64,000 nt of DNA from Halocafeteria seosinensis (Eukaryota): NCBI GenBank assembly GCA_001687465.1, contig LVLI01000242.1, positions 1 to 64,000 of the forward strand, read 5' to 3'. A model generated the notes under the pieces. It was not told the DNA's origin and ran no database searches. It saw only the letters and a list, made by a program, of their open reading frames with translations. Every line of letters starts with the position of its first letter. The first letter of the stretch is position 1. Positions 26,054 through 41,700 of this stretch are shown one piece after another. The translations under genes were made by a program, and so were the position numbers.

Positions 26054-26198
26054 CTTCAGATAAAGGTTGTGAGCCAGAAGATAATAGAATGAAAGCCAGA
26101 AATGTACTGACTGTAGGTTCAAGAAATAAACTTTCCTCTGTTGCAAAGCGGAACACGAAAATGTTACGTTCGGCGGGTAGTGGGTCTGTATCAATGTG

Positions 26199-26318
26199 CA
26201 GATTTCCATCGATTCTGGGTTTGTTATAAGATTCTTGCAACAAAGTTTGTTGCGTTATAAGATATCTGAAATTTCACAAATGTGTTATAAGAAAATTGAA
26301 ATTTACAGATTTGCCATT
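26199..26318. repeat. Candidate MULE subterminal repeat array
   Basis: GTTATAAGA at 26223, 26254 and 26284 (~30-bp period); palindrome GCAACAAA-G-TTTGTTGC; CAGATTT(G)CCAT on both sides. Confidence 0.55.
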
Positions 26319-26648
26319 TGAGGTTGCAGTGCTGTGGCTGAGTATTTGCTCAGTTTGTGTCCGGTCGTTGTGACTGTTGTGAGTAATGGTGTGAAACACT
26401 CTCGGCGGTGGAAAATGGAAGAACCTTCACCATATCATCCTATATGGCACCCCTTGTACCAGGATTGTCAGCAGTACGTTCTCGTACATATATTCTGCTT
26501 GTATACGAAAGTGTCCAAGCGGGTGATCGTCGGCTTCGTGGTAGTGCAACTGCAGATACAAGGTTTCTCCTTCCATTTCTTCGCCAAAATTAATACTTCC
26601 CAGTATGTATATAGCTCTGAGTAACAGATCCTGTTACAAGGACTGGCA

Positions 26649-28415
26649 ATGAAGTCCGGAGAGACCTTCGTTACCACCAAATGTGATCGGTCAGAGTGTT
26701 CGACAAAGGCTGATCGGCGAGTTATGACCATCAAACAGACCAAGAGAGGAAATAATGTCTCCTTATATCTTGACAAATCTATCGGTCATCGTTGGTGGAA
26801 GGCGTTTGTTTGGCTAATGATATTGTGCGGTACAACAGACTCAATCTGCGAACCCGGGTGGAAGGGAATCCTCAAACGAATAGAGCCGCAGTTTGCGGGC
26901 GGACAAGACTCTATGTGGACAATCAACCAAATAGAGGAAAACACTGCCTCTCGAGGTTCTTCGGAAGTCGTATACAACAAACTAGATATTGGGCCGACAA
27001 CAGATCCGTGGCCAGGGATACCATTAGGCCCAAGTGGGAACCCAGTTTCAAATCTCTTCTTCGCGCACTTTAGCAGTTTGCTGAACGTCCCTGAAACCGG
27101 AAAGTATCAGATCTACCTTACGTCAGATGATGGTAGTAATCTTTATATTGATGGAGAAAAAGTGAGTACATTTGCCCCCATACCAGCAAATACGTAATGT
27201 TCCTTTATCACTATAGTTTTGCAATTTCGGTGGTGGTATGCCGCGCCTGGAATGATCACCTAATTCTGAAACTTTTGTAAAGAGAATCCTCGTTTATTTC
27301 GCTAACGAACTATCCTATCTCCTTCGTAACAGGTACTTGACAACGACGGCTTACACAACACGGTCACAAGAGAAACCATTATAACTCTCCCCTGCGGTTT
27401 GCACGTAATCGAAGTGAGAAATTAACGGTATACCTTAAAGCAAATGTCGAAAGTCAACAATGCCTATAACATCATACAGGTTAAATATTTTGACAAAACA
27501 TCGGATTCTCATTTGGTAGTTTCCTGGAAATGGAACGGACAACCTGACCCTCCAAAAAGCCTTGGTGTCAAAACAACACTAAGTTCGGAGTGGATCTGCT
27601 TTCATGGAAGCACTAGCCGTATACCCGGATGGAATGGAACGCTTTACGGATACAATGCCAGCTTAGTCAATGCGAGGAGGGTACGGCAAGCAGAAAAAAA
27701 CATTATTCCCGGCACCGAAGCCAAGGTCGTATATGAAGAGCTCAATATGCATACCACCGGGGCCTGGCCGAAGGCGCCCAAGGACAGAGACGGAAATCGT
27801 GTTGTGAACTACTTCTTTGCCCATTTCCGAGGAATGCTTAGTGTCCCCAAAACGGGAAGGTATAGGATTCACCTAACCTCAAATGATGGTAGTCTTTTGT
27901 ACCTCGACAACAGACGGGTGAGTGAGTATGTATTGTTACTCAGTTCGTTATCCAGTTATCCTTACGGAATGGTCCAGATTATCTCTAACGACGGGCCGGG
28001 ATCCGCTCGAACTAAATCGACAACGCAAAAACTTAGGAACGGTAACTACAGCATCGAGGTATGGATATTCACTTTCCTCCTGCAATTCATCCCTTATAAG
28101 CGACGTCAGCTGCAGGTTAAATACTTCGAGGGAATTTCCAATGCAGTGTTGAAGGTGTCTTGGGAGTGGGTCCACCCCACTCCGCCGACAGGTTTATCCA
28201 CTAAACAGCATCTAGGTTCTCGCTGGGTTTGTTTTGCAATTCCGTCACCTACGCTAACATCTACTCCTACGTCGACTCTAACGGGTTCGTGTATCAGTAC
28301 CACTTCACCAACTGCCTCATTGACGCCAACCAATTCTCCTTCGAGTTCGCCGGTCCCAAAAAGGATTCGCAGTAACGGCTTAGCGGTGCAACGGGCTAGA
28401 AGACAAGTAGAATGA
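26649..28415 (+). CDS. Secreted protein with two PA14 domains and a Ser/Thr/Pro stalk (spliced; ends uncertain)
   Basis: Twice 'FFAHFxxxLxVPxTGxYxIxLTS(D/N)DGSxLY(I/L)D...NDG...IEVKYF', with introns at equivalent positions in both copies. Hydrophobic N-terminal segment. Confidence 0.8.
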
Positions 28416-28602
28416 CTATGGAAAATACAATTCGCATGCTCTTTAGGCCGTCTTAAAGCTGTCAATTCGTCGTTCTGACAACGCATCAAGAGGCAACTGG
28501 TAACGGGTATGGTGGCGTTACACGTTATGGCTGCGGCACCTGGTTGTTCATCTCTGTACTCAGCAGATACTCTCACGTCCCTCGTGTGTGCGTCCCTGGG
28601 TA

Positions 28603-28916
28603 CATCCGCATGGCTAGCTAGCAGTTCACTACTTAATGGGATTGGGAGGTTATTGTTGTTAATGTGCTCTTGGACGTCTAAGACAATTCATGTAGCTTGC
28701 TCTCAGGCTGTTCTCGTATCTGGTTTCCGCCCGAGATGTTCTATCCGTCTCAGTTCTTCATCTCGCGGTATGAAGTTCCTCTTCTCTCCCGGCTCTCTTT
28801 CACTCTCCACTATACGCGTCTTCCAAGCGCCCCTTTCCGTCTCGTTCTTTCTCCCCAGCCGCGCATCCGCATGGCTAGCTACAGTTCATTGCCAAATAGG
28901 ATTGGGAGGTTATTGT
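28603..28916. repeat. ~55-bp imperfect direct repeat pair (28603-28656, 28864-28916)
   Basis: CATCCGCATGGCTAGCTA(G)CAGTTCA...ATxGGATTGGGAGGTTATTGT occurs twice, ~260 bp apart. Confidence 0.8.
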
Positions 28917-29404
28917 CACGTTATTTCACTGGACTTGCATAATGTGACCAATTTTGTATGCAGACGCAGATAATTTCTTAGAGTCTCAGTGCAACTCGTG
29001 TGGAAGAGCAAATACATTTTCGTCAAGTGTTGAATCTTTCTCCTGTTGAGCACGTGTCTCCAATGCGATCTTGTTTCGGTGCTTCGAATAAACATCTGCA
29101 GCAGCAGTTGAGTCACGAAGTAACGCAGAAAACTAATACTGCGTTTGTTCAGTATAGTCCCCCAGAAGTCAAACTGAGGGTTCTCAATTACAATGCATTT
29201 TATTATTATGGCTCCGAACGGAGAAAGTAATCTATCCCAAGTTGTGAGGTACCATGGAACCAGGGACTACGTGAGGACGCGGCTCGACACATCGAGCCCG
29301 ACCTTCCGTGTGGAGACTTTATGCACGTAAGGATTGTTAGAACACGGTATTATATTGTTCGACAAGCAAACTGCACATTTCGTGGAGAAGAAACGAAAAG
29401 CACC

Positions 29405-30916
29405 ATGAGTAAATCTAGTGTCGTAACCGGGAGATCCCAGCCACAGGAGCTTCAAGATCTTAAGAACTTTGCTGAAAAGCATGGAGAAGAATGGCACGAC
29501 GACCGACAGAAGATTTGTGACCGACTCAATAAAGGTGTGGAGCGTAAAGTAGCGGTCATTGGTGAGGAGGGCAATCTCAGCGTCAACGAGGAGACGACCA
29601 GACAGGAGAAAGTCAGAATAGAGGATGCTATCGCGTTTTCGAGGAGCCATGGAATAGAAGGGGTCAAAAGAGGGGTCAACTTACCTGAGCAAAAACGTAA
29701 GATACAGGACTGGCTAGACAGACTGCAACTCTTGCTCGAAGGCATATCCATGGGACGTGGGAGAGGTATAACCCCCTCGCCTGGCTCTGAAAAGGGAGCA
29801 AGAGCTGACGCTAAACATGAAGACCTTTCTTCCACAAGCGTGCGTTCGCCAACGGGGTACTCTGAAGAGCACGGAAAGAAGTGGATTGTTGGACTACAGC
29901 AGATATGTGACGAGCTTAATAAAGGCATGGAGCGCAACGTAGTGGTTGTCGATGAAACAGGTAACCTCAGCCTCAACGACGCGAACGAAGTTAGAAGGAA
30001 AGATGCCATCGCATTTTCGGATCGTCATGGAATAGAAGGGGTTACGAATGGAGTCAACAAACCTGAACAAAGGCTTAAATTACAAGCCTGGCTGAAAAAA
30101 CTGCAACAGAAGCTGGACGACCTATCCATCGACAGTAAAGGAAGTGGGACAGCCTTCTCTGACGAAGGAGTAAGTGCTCCTATGAAACATATGGACCATC
30201 CTCCCAAGACGCATGAAGAGGACTCTGGAAGGTGGAAGAGCAAAGTAGAGGGGCCTCCACCTGGTCGCCTCTACGCTTACGTTATTCATGGTGTGACGGT
30301 CCAAGTCGGGAATTCGAAGAATTGGTGCTTGATAAAACCAGGGCGCGTGACGACTGGGGAAAATTTAAAACCGAGGATGTCGGCGGAATTTGGGCAATTG
30401 CAGCGGGCGGGATACTTCACCGCAAAACCAATTTACGATGCGATTAAGGGTATCACCTCGGTGGAGGGTATCCATAAGTATGCATACGAAGAAGGAAAGG
30501 ACACATTCGTATATATAAACACAATGAACACGGATTGGGAAAATGACGTTGCAGCCGCTATGGGAATTCCAATTGGAGGTGCTAACTTCTTCGGGGAGAA
30601 GGACGCCAGGAAAAATGTACCCGAATTAGAAACCTTGCTTGGGATAGAAGAACGGTCTAATTTCGGACCCTCGGAGCTTATCGTTGCTCCCAATGACAAA
30701 GTGGATCAAATTCGTCAAGAAATGGCCAGGCTATCTGGAAAAGGGAAAAAACCAATACCAGAGGTTCAATTCAAATATGCAATTCATAACTGCTACGAAA
30801 ATAGTAGACGATTCGAGGTGAAGGAAGGCACCCTCATACAAATAAAAAATCGGGAAGGGTCAAACCAATCGTTTGACTTTAGAACTGCACGTCCGTGGTG
30901 CGGTGGTTTCAACTAA
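29405..30916 (+). CDS. Intronless orphan protein: two ~90-aa helical repeats plus a putative GIY-YIG/T5orf172-like domain
   Basis: Uninterrupted ORF (frame open from 29321; CACC-ATG at 29405). Clear internal duplication. 'GRLYAYVI...CLIKPGRVT...NLKPRM' resembles GxVY...KIGxT...R. The domain call is an inference. Confidence 0.7.
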   Translation: MSKSSVVTGRSQPQELQDLKNFAEKHGEEWHDDRQKICDRLNKGVERKVAVIGEEGNLSVNEETTRQEKVRIEDAIAFSRSHGIEGVKRGVNLPEQKRKIQDWLDRLQLLLEGISMGRGRGITPSPGSEKGARADAKHEDLSSTSVRSPTGYSEEHGKKWIVGLQQICDELNKGMERNVVVVDETGNLSLNDANEVRRKDAIAFSDRHGIEGVTNGVNKPEQRLKLQAWLKKLQQKLDDLSIDSKGSGTAFSDEGVSAPMKHMDHPPKTHEEDSGRWKSKVEGPPPGRLYAYVIHGVTVQVGNSKNWCLIKPGRVTTGENLKPRMSAEFGQLQRAGYFTAKPIYDAIKGITSVEGIHKYAYEEGKDTFVYINTMNTDWENDVAAAMGIPIGGANFFGEKDARKNVPELETLLGIEERSNFGPSELIVAPNDKVDQIRQEMARLSGKGKKPIPEVQFKYAIHNCYENSRRFEVKEGTLIQIKNREGSNQSFDFRTARPWCGGFN

Positions 30917-31169
30917 AATGATCTGGCTTCTTTGAATTCGCTTTCCATGCAATTGAGACATCGCCGCAATCTTATGGGGCACACCTCAATACTTCACTAT
31001 TGGCGCGCGCCAATGCCAATGGTTTCTCAGAAACGAACAATTTCGAAACTATCTTTCACGAACGAAAGATATAGCTGATTTACATTGAACTACCCAGCCT
31101 GAGCCAGGTAAGCATACTATAACGCTTCACAGGAAAAACAAATCCCATGCCGGAATAGACCACATATTG

Positions 31170-32492
31170 TCATGACTGCCTCACACTCTGGAGCATGATG
31201 TACACGTCCACAAATCGTTGAATTTGTTCAGCGGGATATCGTCTCATTACATACGCCCAAAAGTTAACCCACTCATGCCTCCTAATCGGCACAGGGGTGT
31301 CGGACTTGATCAGCCACTGTGTGTCTTCAGGCGCAACATCTTGTTGCTTCCGCCTCCGCAGTGTTTGTTTATCCAATATAACTCCATCTCTCTTCATCAA
31401 GAAATCGTCTTCCTTTAATCCTATTTCTCCCAACTGTACCGCGCGACTATCTGTTACGAACTGCCTCGCAGCGTCCTCCTGCAATCCTACCCCCAAGTCT
31501 TGTGATATGTCTGTAAGATCTTTAACCGAAAATGTGGTCGATGACTGTCGCTCTACGAGAAAGTCGTAAAGCGAACACAAAGACGCTTCAGCGTCCGGAG
31601 AGATTGCGCAAATTCCTAACGCATCCATCGAGTTCAAGTATACAATGGTGTCAGTGGCCTGTGTCTTCGACAAGGTAAGCTCCATGAAGGCAATAAATGT
31701 GGGAGCGTCTAAACGTAAGTGTTTTAATTCCTCTTCCGGCATCTGATGAACCCAGGAAAACAAAACAGCGCCCAGTGCCAATACTACGCAATGCACGCAA
31801 ACCCTTGCAGTACTTACATCCAGGCGGTCTGTAACCTGCCGCACGATGTCGAATAGAGTATCAGTTGTCAAGTTACCACTAACATTTCGAGCCAGACAGT
31901 TGGCAATATCCATGGCCTCGTTCACCAGTATCCCTTCGCTCGAATCGGCGAACTGGAGCCAGATACGGCGGAATAAGGCAGGTCTAGAGAGTCCTTTCTG
32001 CAGTCAAAAATTCATTATCAAGGATGCCATTTGGTCCCCTGACGTAAGAAGTCAGGGCGCACGTACCGCTTGAGGAAAATGTTCCAAGATGCCCAAACTC
32101 TCCATGAGATCCCCGAGCTGTGGTGCGTACATGTCTAGCCATACGCGAACGTAGCGCTTCGAGTTAAGTGCCTTATACAGCAAGGAAGCCAATATCACCA
32201 AGGAGACCACCACGCCAGGAAGACGGCTCCTAAATTGCCTCCAGCGTTTCTCCTTGGTCGAGTAGATGGCCGGCGGTTCCTGGGGTGGTAGAGCATACAC
32301 CACATGATCGGGTATGTGATCTAGCCTTTCACCTGGATTACGCCAATCGATCTTCTGCTCCCTTCTTTGTCTCCAGTTGGTTTGCTCACTGCTGAACCAT
32401 ATCGTTCGTCTTTGGCAGCTCCATGCTCCTCGGATTGGCGCCCTTTCCTTCCACAACCCAGATGGTACTCTTGTAAACCGTCTTAATAACAT
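31170..32492 (-). CDS. Putative mitochondrial single-TM protein with degenerate EF-hand-like helical region (spliced)
   Basis: Presequence-like MLLRRFTRV...; TM 'GVVVSLVILASLLY'. A GTACG..TGCAG intron (~32000-32066) joins it in frame to the 31170-31925 ORF. Confidence 0.6.
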
Positions 32493-32755
32493 CGTCGACA
32501 AGTGATCCGAGCAATACAGTGGCACAAACCATGCAAAAAAAAGCACCCTAAATGAATGGCCACGAACTGATACCAGACAATCTTTTCGTTCAGAAAGTAT
32601 TTTCATGCTGTATAGCAAGGTGTATGTAATGCTGCATATTTGATCCAGTTCGCAATTTTTTATGTTAGATATATGTCTCATCTCAGAGGCACAAGTTTGG
32701 AACGGGAGGAAATCGACTGATGTAGAGGAAAAATCGTGGATTGAGATCAAACAAT

Positions 32756-36274
<3,519 letters not shown>

Positions 36275-36387
36275 ACATACTAATATCACAGCGTTGTAGC
36301 TAGAAGACTAAGAAGGGTACAGACCGTCGATTTCACTTTGTTCATACTTTGTTTATTGGAGATGAAAGGCTATTAGTTGGTGCTACT

Positions 36388-37733
36388 TTACATGAGTTCA
36401 TCAACATTCATAGGCATCTCATCAATTTGAGTGGCATAAAATTGCTCTATGTCCCTCAAAATTTGTACATCATCATTTGTGACAAAGTTAATAGCCACAC
36501 CCTTCCTGCCGAAGCGGCCGGATCTGCCAATCCGGTGGATGTAGAGCTCACGATTATTAGGAAGATCGTAATTTATTACGAGAGATACCTGTTGTACATC
36601 TAAACCTCGCCCCCAAACATCAGTTGTAATTAACACACGGGACGCTCCCGACCTAAATTCGGCCATAATTGCTGCGCGGTCTTTCTGTGGCATGTCTCCA
36701 TGCATAGCGGATACTGTGAAGTTTGCTTCTCTCATCTTCTGAGTTAGCCAGTCGACCTTCCGCTTCGTATTGCAAAATATCACCGCCTGTGTAATCGTTA
36801 GGCTATCATATAGGTCGCAAAGAGTATCGAATTTCCATTCTTCCTTTTCTACGGCTACGAAGAATTGCTTTATTCCTTCGAGTGTCAATTCGTCGCGCTT
36901 GACGAGTACTCTGACAGGATTGTGCATAAATTTCTTCGTGATATCCAACACTGCCTGAGGCAGGGTCGCGCTCACCAGTATTACTTGTATTTCAGCGGGA
37001 AGATACCTGTATATATCGTAAATTTGCTCCTTGAAACCTTGATCCAACATCTCATCAGCTTCATCCAGAACTAAAATCTTTATCCCATCTGTCTGGAGAT
37101 GTCTCCTCTTGATCATATCAAATACACGCCCAGGTGTTCCAGACACAACATGTACACCCGCATCGAGTCGCCGAATATCTTCCCCGACACTTTTGCCACC
37201 AATGCAAGCGTGACACCGCACGTTCATATAGTCACCCAGTGACAGGCATACTTTCTGCGTTTGTTCTGCCAATTCCCTTGTCGGAGACAATATAAGTGCT
37301 TGGGGGCGCACATTTTTTATATCAACAGTTTGCAGAATTCCGGCACAAAAGACAGCTGTTTTCCCAGTACCTGACTGAGACTGAGCAATTAGATCCCGTC
37401 CTCGAATAATGGGCACAATGGCTCTTTGTTGAATAGCGGAAGGCTTTTCAAAACCTGCAAGTGAACAAGTGAGTTACAATTCCACTTCAGAAATTTTTTC
37501 TTCAAAATTTTTCAAAACCTCCAAACTTTTGAGGAATTTCTTCTCAAAAGGGATGCAAAACAAATACACCAATAAAATTAACATCATAAAGACTTACCAT
37601 ACGCGTATATACCTCGAAGTAAATCTTCCTTAAGACCCATTTTTTCGAAGTTGGGAACCACGTCAATGTCCCCACTTTGGGTGAACAGCATGTCCTCATC
37701 CTTGTCATACTCTGCAGGGTTCATCGCAGACAT
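36388..37733 (-). CDS. EIF4A3: DEAD-box helicase eIF4A-III (exon junction complex core)
   Basis: '[20 protein letters not shown]', [13 protein letters not shown], '[13 protein letters not shown]', '[15 protein letters not shown]', [10 protein letters not shown]. Intron 37455-37597. Confidence 0.96.
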
Positions 37734-38782
37734 GCAGGTCATGAATTGTGCCGTATACAACATGTTAAATGGGCACTACAATTCCTCGCCCCTGGACCTC
37801 CCTGACCCTCCTATATTTCACAAGGGGGCTTCAGGTGGAGAGCTTGTCCCCTATCCTTTTTGTCATTGAGTCGAGATTAAATTCACATCCTTATCAATCA
37901 AGACACAGACGGTATGAAGGCTCTGTCCCCTAGAGATACTGGGAATCATCCTAGACAACATGCTGAGACCAATGGTATCAACCTGTAGACCTTGAAAATC
38001 ATCATACTTACGTTCCACAGTTCGTCCTCGGGAACCTGTCGCCGCCATTATCGTCCGTTTTTGTGTGATTACAGCTTCTTTTCGCCCACAAAAACACACT
38101 TTCCTCCCTCGGGTTTGTACTGATGAGTTTTATGTGTCAACACGCGTTAATATCGACCACCATAAGCTTTGATTACTTCAGTTTGGTAAGTAGACGAAAA
38201 GAATGTTCGATTAAGCACCATGTCATTGATGTCCTGGCATCATGTCCAGTCCTCAGAATGAAGCAAAATGAGCCCCGAATTGATGTGCCGTAGCATATTC
38301 GGAAAGTTTATACAATCATCTGCGTAGTTTCTCCTCTGTAACGGCAGAGCTCAAATAGGAGCCAGGTAGGGTGAAATAAGGAGGTAAGTTCTGTCCCTCC
38401 GCAGTGTGTCTCCTGAGCCCTTTCGAGGCGGCCTTAAGAATCGGTACTTTTCGATGCATTCTCGTTTGTAATATCGCATACACCCTAGCGGTTTAGATGC
38501 ACAACTGATTCCTCTACAAGTCTTGCGTATTGGATATCATGTATCTGGAAGGGAAAGCATTGAAGCAGGGCTCTGAAATGGACGGCAGTCTGGCTCCGCT
38601 TCTCAGTCTTTACCAGCATTATAATGGGCAATGTATCCGAGTGAGAACCATTCCTACTGCCTCAGTATCATTAACATCATTAGTTTAGGCGGAAAGCATT
38701 GGGCGTTGATGTTTCGTTCTGTCAATGTGTCTATCTGACCGCAGACTCCCCCGGAGGTACTCCATTCAATAGGCAGGAAACA

Positions 38783-41700
38783 ATGAATAAGGGTTGCCGC
38801 CATTATGGTCTCTATCTCTGGAAAAACTCAATGTATGTTGGTGTCGTCCAAAGCTTGGAACGCTTAGTTGACGCCCACCCACTGTTTGACCGCAGTCAAA
38901 AGAAGCGGAATCTCGGGAGTACGTGTTGCGAGATTCTCGCGCCGATATTAGTTGTCGGCTTTTTGGTGGCTTTGAACAAAAATAAAGAAGTCTCAGAGGA
39001 CACGTTTGAATGTGGGCTACAAGCTACGCATGGAGGTAAGTATCGCTATGGTGCTATTAGCCAGCGGAGTTTGCGTATTCACTTCTCGTGTTCATGCAGC
39101 CAAGTATGACTTTGCCTACCTACCTAGAGCCTTAAGTTACACAAATCAAGTATTCGGGGTCGTTGGAAAAGACAATCATCGGGAAGAATTTATCAAATGG
39201 CTTAAAACCCATTACCCTGGGTTAAACAGGACTGCTGCTGAACAATTTAATTGCACGCATTTTCTGTTCCCCAAGAGCCCCCAGGATGAGCCGTTCGTAC
39301 CGCCATGGGATGAAAAAACAAACCTTCAAGAGGTAAGGCTGTCACTTCAAGCAACAGTGGTCGCGAATCTCTCAACATCAGTGTATTTTCTTGTTTCCAC
39401 TCGCAGTTCGATACAGAGGCCAAGTTAGAGGAATACGTCAAGGACTCCGACTATGGACGGAAATCACAAAAGCCGGCGTTGTTCGCCGCTGTCGTGTTTC
39501 ATCAGTTCGGCGACCAGGACGGAAATTGGTCCTATAAGATTCGAATGAATATGACGGATACACCCGACACTCATAGCTTTACTGATGACTTAAGGCGAGA
39601 CCTTAATGTACAGCCGCAAAGGCAGTATATGTCTCCGGACCCGTGGGATAGCTACTCTAATCAGAAGAATGCTTTGAAAATATCCATGCCTGGTTTTGCG
39701 CAAATTCAAATGGCCGTAAATAAATTTATCATCAATGATACCCAGGAAAAGCTTCCATGCATGAAGGATGGGAGTATCGATCCGGGCTCGAGTCAATACA
39801 ATGAAATATTGAACTTCGCTTGGGCTTGGGAATGCTCTCGGTTATTGCATAGGCTTATTTATGACCCTTTTGGTGACCAACTGCTGCACTCCGCGTGTCA
39901 TGATGTGTCGCATGGATTACTCAAGGCAACCGCATACACACCGCAAACAATAGGCATCGCCCCGTTCCCCATATCGAAGTTCAATGAGAATCGTGTCTAT
40001 CAGTACACTGAAAACACCTTCGCGATTCTCTTCGTCATTTCGTTTCTTTTTCCCTCATTCAAACTGATTCGATCCATTGTGGATGAAAAAGAAACAAAAA
40101 TCCGAGAAGGGATGAAAATGATGGTAAGTGATTCTCCCTTTTATCCCTTGCAGCAGATTTGTATCACACTCCGACGTCCCTTGATTTGCAGGGTATGAGT
40201 GCATTTTCTCTCTTCTCCGCGTGGTTCACTACTTATCTGATAATATTTGCAATAATCGCAATATTAATTTGTGCGTTGACGTCCTGGGGCGTTTTCGGAC
40301 ATACGAACGGAGCAATACTTTTCCTTTTCTTCTGGCTGTTCGGCGCCGCATCGACTGCATTGTGTTTCCTCATAAGGTACGGAATTCCACACGTTCTCAA
40401 TGCGGCATCCGGCGGGCTTACCTTGGATTTGAACGTGCAGTGTCTTTTTCTCGCGGGCTAAAGTAGCTTCGGTAGTCGGTAGCGTACTGTTTATCGCGAC
40501 GTTTTTTCCATATTATGCGGTTAACGGAAAGCTGATGGCATTCTCATCCAAGAGCTGGGCATCCCTCCTTGCTCCTGTCGCCTTTGGGTTAAATTTAGAT
40601 GTTTTAGCCACTACTGAGAGCAACGGAGTCGGCATCACTGGTGATAATCTGTACCGCAAGTACAATAATTATACGTTTGGTCACGGGATGGGGATGCTTG
40701 TTCTCGACTTCCTCCTGTATACGGTTTTGGGATGGTATTTGGATCAGGTTGTCCCCTCAGAATTCGGCATCAAGCGTCCTTGGTATTTTATATTTACTCC
40801 CGATTATTGGTACGGCAGATCGCATACGGTAACAACAGATTCTGACATGCGAACATGCAAAGATGTGCTTCTCTGCCGCTCACGGGAAGTGACAACGGCG
40901 AAAGAGCGCCTTTTGAGCGGAAGTGATATCCTTACAGAGGACGGAGATGAGGATATTGACGGGTCCATGTTCGAACCCGTGGGCCAACACCTTAAAGCAA
41001 TTGAGGATGCGGGTAAAGTGGTGCGGGTCAAGAATCTAAGGAAACAATTTCCTACCCCGGATGGAACAAAAGTTGCTGTAGAGAATCTAGACTTAACAAT
41101 GTACGAGGGTCAGATATTTGCTTTACTTGGACATAATGGCGCCGGAAAGAGCACTGCGATTAGTATGTTGTCTGGCTTGATCGCCCCCTCGTCTGGTGGA
41201 GCTACCATTTACGGCTATTCTATTGAGTCTGACCTGTCCGAGATACGCAAGCAAATGGGGATATGTCCGCAACATGATGTACTTTGGCCAGACGTTACAG
41301 TTAAGGAGCACCTTCAATATTTTGCCGGTATCAAAGGGGTTGCTCCGAAAGAAGTTGAAAAAACGGTGAATGATACTATATCAGAGGTCGGATTACGGGA
41401 AAAAGTCAATACCGTTTCGGCTGAACTCTCAGGAGGACAGAAACGTAAACTATCGGTGGGCATCGCCTTGATTGGTGGCTCGAAAGTAGTTTTCCTAGAT
41501 GAACCTACTTCGGGGATGGATCCTTACTCCAGGCGTTCGACGTGGAACATTCTTCAGAATGCTCGGCAGGGCCGCATAATGATCCTGACTACCCATTTCA
41601 TGGACGAGGCGGATCTGTTAGGAGATCGGATAGCCATCATGGCCGACGGCCTGGTACAGTGCTGTGGTAGTAGCATGTTTTTAAAGCAGCAATACGGTGT

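Noticed and set aside
26199..26318. CRISPR-like array
   Set aside because: Only a 9-bp motif three times, no cas genes, eukaryotic context.
29321..30916. Fanzor/TnpB associated with the MULE
   Set aside because: No RuvC D-E-D motifs or zinc-finger pattern recognisable.
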